Shown in pieces: positions 17,688 to 26,248 of a stretch of 64,000 nt of DNA; positions within the stretch are counted from its first letter, which is position 1; every line of letters starts with the position of its first letter. The stretch is from Gemmatimonadota bacterium (GTDB taxonomy: Bacteria; Gemmatimonadota; Gemmatimonadetes; Gemmatimonadales; GWC2-71-9). The DNA lies in contig JBDHJR010000015.1 of NCBI GenBank assembly GCA_039586815.1, positions 2,367 to 66,366 on the forward strand, read 5' to 3'. Position numbers and translations under genes: made by a program. Below the pieces are notes generated by a model. The model was not told the DNA's origin, did not search any database, and was given only the letters and a program-made list of their open reading frames with translations.

Positions 17688-19226
17688 TTAGATCCGCAGC
17701 GCCAAGATGGTGCGGTCGTCCCGTGCCACCGCCTCGAACGCCGCTGCCTCGTCGAGCACGGCCGCGACGGTCTCCGCAGCGGGCGCCATGCGGCGGGCGG
17801 CAGCCAGCTCCAACACCCGTTCCTCGCCCAACTGCTCGCCCTCTTCGTTGCGTGCCTCCACGATACCGTCGGAGAACACCAGCAGCGTATCCTCGCCGCG
17901 CACCCACTGCGACTCGGCCGCGACGATCGCATCGGCCTTGGCGAGCCCTAGAGGAGGGGACGTCGAACCGAGCCGCTCCACACCGCCGGCGGTAACGCGG
18001 AACGCGTGGGGGTGCCCCGCGTTGGCGTAGCGCAACACGCCGGCCGCGGGGTCGAGCACCCCGTAGAACAGAGAGAGGTGCATCTCTGTCTCCGCCAGCT
18101 CCTGCTCCACCGACTCGAGCAGGCGTCGCAGCATGCCGTCGGGCGAGGCGATCTCCGCCGCGTGGATACCGGCCGCCGAGAGCACCAGGGCCATGATGAG
18201 CGCGGCCGGGAAGCCGTGTGACGACACGTCCCCCAGCATGATGCCGACGCGTCCCTGCGACAGCCGAACGAAGTCGTAGAAGTCGCCGCCCACGGTGCGG
18301 GCCGGCACGCATCGTGCCGCCGCGTCCACGCCCGGCCCGAGGATCTCGGGAGAGGGCAGCAGCTTGAGCTGCAGCCCGTGCGCCAGCTCGAGCTCGCGCC
18401 GCACTCGCTGCTGAGCCAGGTCACGCTCGACCAGGCGCGCGTTCTCGATGGCGGCGCCGATCTGGCTAGCCACGGCACCCACCAGTCGCCGCTCGCCCCC
18501 GCTGAACGCGTCGGCACCCAGGCGGTCGGTCAGGTTGATCACCCCGATGGGGCGCGGCGCGCCGTCCTGGGTGGGATAGATGATGGGGTACGAGAGGAAT
18601 GCCGAGCCCCTGTAACCGCGATCCGGGCCGATGCCGGGGTTGGGATCGCCGGGACGCCGCGGATCGTACGCCACCGGGCGCCCGGAGCGGAATACGCGCG
18701 CGGTGATCGACTCGCGGTCCTCCACCTCGATGCTGTGCAGCAGCTCGAGGTCCTTGCCCAGCGCAGCCACCGGTCGCAGCACGCCGCCCGACTCGTCGTG
18801 CACGAAGATCGACGCGCGGTGCGCCCCCACCACGTCACTGACCTCACGCAGGATGGTCTCCGCCGCGCGCTCCAGTCGGATCGTGCGTCCCAGAATGCTG
18901 CTGATGGTGTACAGCAGCTCGGTTTCCTCGTAGCGGGACGCCAGCTGCTTGGCGAGGCTCAGCGTGTCCCGCTCGCCGTCGATCAGCCGGGCCAGCAGTG
19001 GCGCGAGGGTACCAGCCACTTCAGCCGGTTCGCGCTCGGGCTCGACGATCTCGAACCAGTAGCCCTCCATGTCGGGCACCGGCGCGACCCAGCGGTCCGC
19101 GTCGGCAGGGGTCACGACGCCTTCGTCGTCCACCTGCACCGCGGGAGGCTCCACCGCACCCACGTCGATCACGGGCCGCAACCGGCCGCGGCCGTACCGC
19201 CACAGCCGGAGTCGACACCCCGCCAT
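17688..19226 (-). CDS. GAF-domain PP2C/SpoIIE-type serine phosphatase (RsbU-like)
   Basis: 512 aa. GAF-like middle region and a C-terminal PPM domain (GGDFYDF, LGDVSSHG, VFSDGIVEA). Confidence 0.85.
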   Translation of the reverse strand: MAGCRLRLWRYGRGRLRPVIDVGAVEPPAVQVDDEGVVTPADADRWVAPVPDMEGYWFEIVEPEREPAEVAGTLAPLLARLIDGERDTLSLAKQLASRYEETELLYTISSILGRTIRLERAAETILREVSDVVGAHRASIFVHDESGGVLRPVAALGKDLELLHSIEVEDRESITARVFRSGRPVAYDPRRPGDPNPGIGPDRGYRGSAFLSYPIIYPTQDGAPRPIGVINLTDRLGADAFSGGERRLVGAVASQIGAAIENARLVERDLAQQRVRRELELAHGLQLKLLPSPEILGPGVDAAARCVPARTVGGDFYDFVRLSQGRVGIMLGDVSSHGFPAALIMALVLSAAGIHAAEIASPDGMLRRLLESVEQELAETEMHLSLFYGVLDPAAGVLRYANAGHPHAFRVTAGGVERLGSTSPPLGLAKADAIVAAESQWVRGEDTLLVFSDGIVEARNEEGEQLGEERVLELAAARRMAPAAETVAAVLDEAAAFEAVARDDRTILALRI

Positions 19227-19261
19227 CGCCCCGAGCGACTGCAGAATCCCGTCGAAGCGTT

Positions 19262-19732
19262 CTAGGCGCGGCGCATGATCATGCAGATGGCGTTTCCTCG
19301 GTCGTTGAAGTGCACCTCGTCCACCAGCTGGCGGATGAGGAAGAGGCCGCGGCCCTGGTTGAGGTCGATGCGTTCGGGCTGGGTGGGATCGGGTACCACC
19401 GAGGGATCGAAACCGTCGCCCTCGTCACTCACGTGTAGCGCGACGGCCTCGTCTCCGACCTCCACGCGCACGTCGACGCGCTTCGCCGGATCGAGTTGGT
19501 TGCCGTACACGATTGCGTTGGCCAGCGCCTCGCACAGCACCACGCGCACGACGAAGCGCGCCGCCTTGGGCGGCACGCCGCTGGCGAGACAATGGCGGGC
19601 GACGAGATCGACCGCCTCCTCCACCACATCGAGATCCGTGGGGACCCGAACCGAGATGTTGATCAGGCGACTCTCGGAGTCCGGTGGCGCGGACTCGCTG
19701 CGACGGACGTAGAGCCTGAGCGGGGCCGTCAC
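19262..19732 (-). CDS. Anti-sigma-factor-type serine kinase (RsbW/SpoIIAB-like HATPase)
   Basis: 156 aa. EALANAIVYG (N box) and SDEGDGFD...GRGLFLIRQLVDEV (G boxes). Confidence 0.8.
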   Translation of the reverse strand: MTAPLRLYVRRSESAPPDSESRLINISVRVPTDLDVVEEAVDLVARHCLASGVPPKAARFVVRVVLCEALANAIVYGNQLDPAKRVDVRVEVGDEAVALHVSDEGDGFDPSVVPDPTQPERIDLNQGRGLFLIRQLVDEVHFNDRGNAICMIMRRA

Positions 19733-19736
19733 GTCG

Positions 19737-20075
19737 TCAGAAGGAGGCGGTAGCCTCCTCTGCCGAGCCCATGATCGTGAACAGCGTGTCGAGCTTGGTC
19801 AGCTCGAACAGGGTTCGCAGGTCGTCGTTGAGCCCGGCCAGGCGGAGGTCGCCACCCGCTTCGCGGATCTTCTTGGAGAGAGATACCAGCACCCCGAGGC
19901 CCGAGGAGTCGATGTAGCCGGTCTCGGAGAAATCGACTACGAACTTCTGCTCCCCCGCCTCCATGGCATCCATGACCTTCTTCTTGAGGTCGTGTCGGTT
20001 ACCCACGATCAACTGGCCGTCCACGCCAATCACTACCACGCCCTTCGCGTCGTCCTTCCGCACGGTAAAGCTCAT
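19737..20075 (-). CDS. STAS-domain anti-sigma-factor antagonist (RsbV/SpoIIAA-like)
   Basis: 112 aa. GYIDSSGLGVLV contains the conserved phosphorylatable Ser. ATGA overlap with the pta stop. Confidence 0.9.
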   Translation of the reverse strand: MSFTVRKDDAKGVVVIGVDGQLIVGNRHDLKKKVMDAMEAGEQKFVVDFSETGYIDSSGLGVLVSLSKKIREAGGDLRLAGLNDDLRTLFELTKLDTLFTIMGSAEEATASF

Positions 20076-21070
20076 TCCTCCTCCTCCGTTGGAAGCCCGG
20101 TCGATTCGCCCGCCTGCAGCACTGCGACGGCGGCGACATCTACCACGTCGTCCACCGTCGCGCCGCGGGAGAGATCCATCATCGGGCGCGCGAGCCCTTG
20201 CAGGACAGGGCCCGTTGCGGTCGCACCGGCCAGGCGCTGCACCAGTTTGTATGCAATGTTGCCGCTGTCAAGGTCGGGGAAGATGAGCACGTTGGCGCAT
20301 CCCCCGACCGCCGAATCCGGGGCCTTCTGCTCCGCCACAGCAGGGACGATGGCTGCGTCGCCCTGGAGCTCGCCATCGCACTGGATGTCCGGTGCCAGCC
20401 GGCCAAACCGCTCGGCCGCCTGCCGCACCTTGTTCACCTTGGGACCGTCCGCGCTCCCACTGGTGCTGTATGACAGGAACGCCACCACCGGATCCTCGTC
20501 CACGACCAGCATGTGGTCCCGCGCGGCCGCAACGGCGATCTCGGCGAGTTGTGTAGCATCGGGGTCGGGCACCACGCCGCAGTCGGCAAAGGTCAGCACG
20601 CTGGCCTTCTCGCCGCAGGGCCGCCGCGCAAGCTGGAACAGCGCGTGCCCCGGTGCCGAGTCGAAGGCCATGTAGAATGCGCTGCTCACGGTCGTGATGC
20701 CGGGTGCGCGACCGATGGCCCAGAAAGCAGCCCGCAGCACGTCAGCCGTAGGGTGCACCGCCCCCGCCACGGCTGCGTCAGCCTCGCCTAACGCCACCAG
20801 GCCGGCCGCGAAGTAGAGAGGATCCGCGGCCAGCTGCCGCGCCCTCGCACGCCCTCCCACCTTGTCGGGACGCCTTTCCGCAAGCAGCTGCGCGACGCGA
20901 TCCAGGCGCGGATCGCGCGCGAGGGAACGCTCCAGCACCACCGGCTCGGCCACCCCCTCACGCTCCAGCATCCCGGCCGCCTGCCGCACCCGCTCGTCCC
21001 ACCCCTCGGCGAGCACCACGCTGCGGCGACGCGCGCCCGCCCGCCTGCGCAGGTCGTCCCGAAAGCTCAC
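20072..21070 (-). CDS. pta: Phosphate acetyltransferase (short PTA_PTB type)
   Basis: 332 aa. ANVLIFPDLDSGNIAYKLVQRL and LQGLARPMMDLSRG are typical of the phosphotransacetylase family. Confidence 0.82.
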   Translation of the reverse strand: MSFRDDLRRRAGARRRSVVLAEGWDERVRQAAGMLEREGVAEPVVLERSLARDPRLDRVAQLLAERRPDKVGGRARARQLAADPLYFAAGLVALGEADAAVAGAVHPTADVLRAAFWAIGRAPGITTVSSAFYMAFDSAPGHALFQLARRPCGEKASVLTFADCGVVPDPDATQLAEIAVAAARDHMLVVDEDPVVAFLSYSTSGSADGPKVNKVRQAAERFGRLAPDIQCDGELQGDAAIVPAVAEQKAPDSAVGGCANVLIFPDLDSGNIAYKLVQRLAGATATGPVLQGLARPMMDLSRGATVDDVVDVAAVAVLQAGESTGLPTEEEE

Positions 21071-21549
21071 GCCGCGTACTTCGCCTTGAGCGCCTTTTCG
21101 ACCGTGGGATGCACGAAGGGACTCACGTCGCCGTCCAGCCGGGCCACCTCCCGCACCAGACTCGAGCTCAGGTACGTGAGGTGCAGCGCCGGCACCAGGA
21201 ACACGGTCTCCAGCTCGGGATAGAGCTCCCGGTTCATGAGCGCCATCTGCGACTCGTAGTCGAAGTCGCTCACGGCCCGGAGACCGCGGATCACCATGCG
21301 CGCTCCCGCGTCCCGTGCGAACGCTGCGAGCAGTCCGTCGAACGAGTGCACCTCCACGCGTGGCTCGTCCCGCAGCACCTCCTGGAGCAGCGCCACCCGC
21401 TCCTCCAGCGCGAACAGCGGCGCCTTCTCGAGATTCACCGCCACGGCCACCACCACCTTGTCGGCGAGGTTGAGCGACCGGCGCACGATGTCTTCGTGCC
21501 CGCGGGTGACGGGGTCGAACGAGCCGGGGTATATCGCAATGCGTGTCAT
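21067..21549 (-). CDS. coaD: Phosphopantetheine adenylyltransferase
   Basis: 160 aa. IYPGSFDPVTRGHEDI nucleotidyltransferase motif. Confidence 0.95.
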   Translation of the reverse strand: MTRIAIYPGSFDPVTRGHEDIVRRSLNLADKVVVAVAVNLEKAPLFALEERVALLQEVLRDEPRVEVHSFDGLLAAFARDAGARMVIRGLRAVSDFDYESQMALMNRELYPELETVFLVPALHLTYLSSSLVREVARLDGDVSPFVHPTVEKALKAKYAA

Positions 21550-22061
21550 GGCAGGTAGCAGAAGGTCAGGGCAACGTCACCGTAGCGCCGCGTGTCGTCG
21601 CCGGCAAGCGCGAGCGTCACACGATGCTCCACGCCGAGCACAGCCGCAAACCGGCGGTCGCGGAAGATCTGCACGAGCCGCTCGGCATGGTCAGTAGTAT
21701 ATGGCGGGTCCGCCAGCACCACATCATAGGCGCCCTCCGGCAGCCGATCGGCGATCCGCAGGGCGTCCCCCCGTCGGATGCGCACCCGCTCACTCACCTC
21801 GAGCGACGCCACGTTTGCCTTGAGGGCGGCGATGGACGGTGGCAGCAGCTCCACGAACTCGACCCGCGCGGCGCCGCGCGAGAGCGCTTCCAGCCCCAGC
21901 GCGCCGGATCCGGCGAACAGGTCGAGTACGCTGGCGCCGGCGACGCGCTCCCCCAGGATGCTGAACCACGCCTCCCGCACCTTCTCGGTTGTGGGGCGCA
22001 CCCGCGCGTCCTTGGGCTCCTCGAGGACGCGTCCCTTGAACTCGCCGGCAATGATTCTCAC
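21546..22061 (-). CDS. rsmD: 16S rRNA (guanine966-N2)-methyltransferase
   Basis: RIIAGEFKGR, DLFAGSGALGLEALSRGA and ADPPY. GTG at 22061 forms a GTGA overlap with the recJ stop. The longer ORF-track N-terminus overlaps recJ. Confidence 0.85.
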   Translation of the reverse strand: MRIIAGEFKGRVLEEPKDARVRPTTEKVREAWFSILGERVAGASVLDLFAGSGALGLEALSRGAARVEFVELLPPSIAALKANVASLEVSERVRIRRGDALRIADRLPEGAYDVVLADPPYTTDHAERLVQIFRDRRFAAVLGVEHRVTLALAGDDTRRYGDVALTFCYLP

Positions 22062-23761
22062 GAGGGCCGGATCCCCACGACTCTGGCCTGCAGGTGACTC
22101 CGCCCCCGCCACTCGTTGCGCTCCAGCCTGAGTGCCACGTCGAGCGGCGCGCCCCACCAACCGGACTCCACCCGATCCGCCCAGTTGAATGCGATCGCCT
22201 CGATGCGTCCCGTGCCGTCGTCCAGCGTGAACTTGAGATGGTTGGCGCCCACCGTTTTCCGGTCACGCGCGGCGGATTGACTCACCCCGAACACCGGCGC
22301 GGGATTGCCCGGCCCGCACGGCTCGAGGTGGCGCAGCAGCCTCTCCAACTCGGCGTCCATGCGCTCCAGCGAGAGCACGGCGTCGATTCGCTGGGTGGGC
22401 ACCAGGTCCTCGGGGGTGAGTCGCTCACGCGCCACGGCGCAGAATGCCTCGCGGAACCCCTGCAACCGCTCGCGCCGCAGCGTGAGTCCCGCCGCCATCT
22501 TGTGGCCGCCGAAGCGCTCGAGCTGAGGTGCGCAGGCCTCCAGCGCCCCGTGCAGGTCGAACCCGGCAATCGAGCGTCCCGAGCCCCGGCCTTCGTCACC
22601 ATCCAGCGACACCAGGATGGCGGGACGCGCATACCGCTCCACCACGCGCGATGCGACCAGCCCGATCACGCCGGCGTGCCAGCCCTCGCGGGCGAGCACC
22701 AGGCCGTAGTCCCGATCCAGATCTACGTTGACGTCGATCTCCTCGATCGCCTGCTCCAGCGTGGTCTCATCCACCGCCTGGCGTTGCTCGTTGAGGCGCT
22801 CGAGGCCGCGCGCCAGATCACGCGCCTCTACGTCGTCGTCGCAGAGCAGCAGCCGCACACCGTCCATCGCCTCGCCGATCCGACCGGCGGCGTTGAGCCG
22901 GGGGGCGAGGATGTATCCCACCTGGCCCGCTCGCAGTTCCCGCCCGGCGAGTCCCGCCGTGTTCACCAGCGCGCGCACGCCGCGCCAGCGGGACGCCGCG
23001 AGCATCTTGAGCCCGAACCGCACCAGCGTGCGGTTCTCGCCGGTGAGCGGCACCACGTCGGCGACCGTTGCGAGCGCCACGAGGTCGAGGAAGTGAAACG
23101 GGAGGTTGTCCGGCAGGCCGAGTGCGTCGACCAGCGCCTGGGCCAGCTTGAACGCGACCCCTGCTCCGCACAGATGGCCCAGGTTCGCGGTGCAGTCGGG
23201 ATGTTGCGGGTTCACCACCGCGTTGGCCGGTGCCACGACACCGGGCAGGTGATGGTCGGTGACCACCACGTCCATGCCCTCGTCCCGCGCCTGGCGAATC
23301 GGCTCCACCGCGGTCGTGCCGCAGTCGCACGTCACGATGAGCGATGCACCGTGCTCACGGGCCTCGGCGAGCCCGGCCGCGCCGAAGTCATAGCCATCGC
23401 GGATCCGGTGCGGCACGAACGGCACCACCTGCGCGCCCGCCTCCCGCAGCACCCGAGTGAGCAGCGCGGTGGCACACTGTCCGTCAACGTCGTAGTCGCC
23501 GTGCACCAGGACTGTGCGCCCTTCACGGGCGGCGCGGCTCACCAGCTCCACCGCCTGTTCCATGTCCCTCAGGGCGTACGGATCGCTCAGCGATTCGAGC
23601 TCGGGGCGAAGGTAGCGTTTGGCGTCGACCGGAGCGGTGAAGCCTCGCTGCACCAACAGCGAGGCGAGGGCCTCCGGAACGTTGAGGGCATGCACCAGCG
23701 GCTCGACCTGGGCTGGGTCCGACGGCGGCGCCACGGCCCAGCGCGGCGGCGCTGCGGTCAT
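22058..23761 (-). CDS. recJ: Single-stranded-DNA-specific exonuclease RecJ
   Basis: DHH motifs (VHGDYDVDG, VTDHH) and DHHA1 (GGHKMAAG). ATG at 23761 forms an ATGA overlap with the upstream stop. Confidence 0.93.
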   Translation of the reverse strand: MTAAPPRWAVAPPSDPAQVEPLVHALNVPEALASLLVQRGFTAPVDAKRYLRPELESLSDPYALRDMEQAVELVSRAAREGRTVLVHGDYDVDGQCATALLTRVLREAGAQVVPFVPHRIRDGYDFGAAGLAEAREHGASLIVTCDCGTTAVEPIRQARDEGMDVVVTDHHLPGVVAPANAVVNPQHPDCTANLGHLCGAGVAFKLAQALVDALGLPDNLPFHFLDLVALATVADVVPLTGENRTLVRFGLKMLAASRWRGVRALVNTAGLAGRELRAGQVGYILAPRLNAAGRIGEAMDGVRLLLCDDDVEARDLARGLERLNEQRQAVDETTLEQAIEEIDVNVDLDRDYGLVLAREGWHAGVIGLVASRVVERYARPAILVSLDGDEGRGSGRSIAGFDLHGALEACAPQLERFGGHKMAAGLTLRRERLQGFREAFCAVARERLTPEDLVPTQRIDAVLSLERMDAELERLLRHLEPCGPGNPAPVFGVSQSAARDRKTVGANHLKFTLDDGTGRIEAIAFNWADRVESGWWGAPLDVALRLERNEWRGRSHLQARVVGIRPS

Positions 23762-24465
23762 TCGCCGCCGTCGTAGATCAGCACCCCGCACGCTTCACAC
23801 GGCTCCACGCCGCTCCCGCCCAGCACCTTCTGCCGCCGATGAAGCGGCACGGACGTGAAGCAGTGGCCGCACGCCCCATTGTGAATGGGGTAGAGCGCCA
23901 GCGGCGCGCGACCCTGCCGGATCCGGTCATAGCGATCCTGCAGCTGCGCGGGTACCGGCTCGGCGGTCTCGGCGCGATCGGTGCGGGCGGCCCCGAGCTT
24001 GTCGTCGATCTCGGCCTGCTTCGCCGCGATCTCCTCGCGCTTGGGCGCCTGAGCGGCACGCAATTCCTCGAGGTTGCCCTCCTCCTGTTCGGCGACCCCC
24101 TGTGCCTCCTTCACCTTGTCGGCCGAGCGAACCCATTCGGCCTCCTCCTTCGCCAGCACCGTACGGGCCAGATCCAGCTCGGCCATGAGATTCGAGGCTT
24201 CCTTGGCTCCCCGCACCCACTCGAGCCGTTGCCGCCGCCGTTCCTGCATCACGCGGTAGCTCTCGATCTTGCCCTCCAGCTCCTGGCGACGCTTGTCGGC
24301 CTGGTCGACCCGCGTATTGGCGGCGCCAACCGCCTCCTCCGCGCGTGCCAGCTCGTCGTCCAGTTGCTGCACCTCGGGCTCCAGGGCGGCAAGCTCCGCC
24401 TCCAGATCCATCACGATCTTGTCCTTCTCCTGCAGCTTCAACAGCGCTTCGAGATCAGCGTGCAC
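23758..24465 (-). CDS. Coiled-coil protein with a C-terminal C4 zinc ribbon (COG1579/DUF164-like)
   Basis: 235 aa. Long Glu/Leu/Ala coiled coil, then CGHC...(22 aa)...CEAC. Confidence 0.72.
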   Translation of the reverse strand: MHADLEALLKLQEKDKIVMDLEAELAALEPEVQQLDDELARAEEAVGAANTRVDQADKRRQELEGKIESYRVMQERRRQRLEWVRGAKEASNLMAELDLARTVLAKEEAEWVRSADKVKEAQGVAEQEEGNLEELRAAQAPKREEIAAKQAEIDDKLGAARTDRAETAEPVPAQLQDRYDRIRQGRAPLALYPIHNGACGHCFTSVPLHRRQKVLGGSGVEPCEACGVLIYDGGE

Positions 24466-26248
24466 TCCGGCTCCTCCGTTTCGTAATCACGTTCCAATAA
24501 CCCGGATCGAGACTGGCGATGCGACGGCTCAGCGAGTCCTTCTGCTGCGCCAGCTCGACCTTCTCCTCTTCGCTAGCGACGGTGATCTGCCGGTCGATGG
24601 CTCGCAGCTTCGCGACCAGCTTCCGGCTCTCGATCTTGCGTAACGCCCCGTCGACCACGGCGTCCACGTTCAGGTCGCCCCACGGCTCCGCGAGCAACTC
24701 GGTCACCGGCCCGCGCTCCTCCGGGGCGATGCGGTCCAGCACCTCCGATCCCACCACCTTGGCGTCCAGCACGCCCACGTGCGCCAACAGCTGGCGCTCC
24801 GCGGTGTCCTCCGGCTCCAGCTCCGCCAGCCGCTCCACAATCCGCTCGCGCCATCCCGCCTCGTGAAGCATGACGCGCAGCAGGTCGCGCTCCGGCCGCG
24901 GCATCCGGCCGCGGCGCGGTTGCGACGCTTCATCCGCGCCACCCGATTCGCGCTGCGGCCGCGGTGCGGACCAGCGCGCCGACTTGAGCTCCTGCAGCAC
25001 CGACTCCCGGGAGATCCCCAGCGCTTCGGCGGCACGGTTCACGTAGAGATCGCGAGTAACGCCGTCGCTCACGGCACGCAGCGTGGGCAGCAGACGGTCG
25101 AGTGCCCGGCGGCGCCCGGAGAGCGAGCCGAGCCAGCCCTTGCGCTCCAGCAGCTGCAGCTTGCGCTCGAACACGTCGAGGGCGTCGTCCAGCAGGCCGC
25201 GCACGGCGTCGATACCCCCGCTGAGCGCCACCGCGTCCGGGTCCTCGCGCGGCGGCAGCGTCGCGATCAGCACGCGCAGCCCCGCATGCAACAGCACGTC
25301 TGCCGCGCGGAAGCTGGCTCGCAGCCCTGCGGGATCGTTGTCGTACAGCAGCACCACGCTCTTGGTGTAGCGCTTGAGCAGCTGCGCTTGCTCCGCCGTG
25401 AGCGACGTCCCCAGCGGCGCCACCGTCTCCTCGATCCCGACCTCCACCAGACGCAGCGCGTCGAAGTAGCCCTCCACGACCACTGCTCGCTCGGCCTTGC
25501 GGATGGCGTGCTTGGCATCGTGCAGGTTGTACAGCAGGGATCCCTTGTGGAACACCGGCGTGTCGGGCGAGTTGAGGTACTTCGGCTCGGCGTCACCCAG
25601 CACGCGCCCGCCGAAACCCACCACGCGCCCGCGCAGGTCGTGAATCGGGAACAGCAACCGGTTCCAAAAGCGCGGCCTGAGCGACCCGTCCTCCCGCCTG
25701 ACCGCGAGCCCCGCCTCCAGCAGAACCTCGACCTTCACACCGAGCTGCTCCATGGCCTTGAGGAATTCGTCACCCCTGGGCGCGAACCCAAGCCCGAGTG
25801 GCAGCAACTTCTCGAGATCGAAGGACCGCTCCTCCAGGTAGCGGCACGCCGGCTTGGCGTCGTCCGCCTCCCGCAGGCGGCGCGCATACCACTCGCCGGC
25901 CGCGCTCAATGCCGAGAACAAGGGCTCACGGGGATCGGGGCCGGCGCTGCGCCGCTCGGGAATCGTGATGCCGACCCGCCGCGCCACCTCGCGCACGGCA
26001 GTGGGATAGTCCATCCCCAGGCGCTTCATGAAGAAGGTGAAGACGTCTCCCGCCTCGTGGCACACGAAGCAGTAGAACATCTGCTTCTTGGGAATGACGG
26101 CGAAGTTGCGGTTCTTGCCCCCGTGAAACGGGCAGGGACCGCGGTAGTCGGAGCCCGTGCGCCTCAGCTCCACGTGCTCGCCAACGACCGTCACCAGGTC
26201 GGCGGCGTCGCGCACCTGCTCGATGACGTCGTCGGGAATCGTGCTCAC
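24455..26248 (-). CDS. dnaG: DNA primase
   Basis: CHC2 zinc finger (CPFHGGKNRNFAV...FYCFVCHEAGD) and TOPRIM (VVVEGYFDALRL, LLYDNDPAG). GTGA overlap with the mutS2 stop. Confidence 0.95.
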   Translation of the reverse strand: MSTIPDDVIEQVRDAADLVTVVGEHVELRRTGSDYRGPCPFHGGKNRNFAVIPKKQMFYCFVCHEAGDVFTFFMKRLGMDYPTAVREVARRVGITIPERRSAGPDPREPLFSALSAAGEWYARRLREADDAKPACRYLEERSFDLEKLLPLGLGFAPRGDEFLKAMEQLGVKVEVLLEAGLAVRREDGSLRPRFWNRLLFPIHDLRGRVVGFGGRVLGDAEPKYLNSPDTPVFHKGSLLYNLHDAKHAIRKAERAVVVEGYFDALRLVEVGIEETVAPLGTSLTAEQAQLLKRYTKSVVLLYDNDPAGLRASFRAADVLLHAGLRVLIATLPPREDPDAVALSGGIDAVRGLLDDALDVFERKLQLLERKGWLGSLSGRRRALDRLLPTLRAVSDGVTRDLYVNRAAEALGISRESVLQELKSARWSAPRPQRESGGADEASQPRRGRMPRPERDLLRVMLHEAGWRERIVERLAELEPEDTAERQLLAHVGVLDAKVVGSEVLDRIAPEERGPVTELLAEPWGDLNVDAVVDGALRKIESRKLVAKLRAIDRQITVASEEEKVELAQQKDSLSRRIASLDPGYWNVITKRRSRSAR

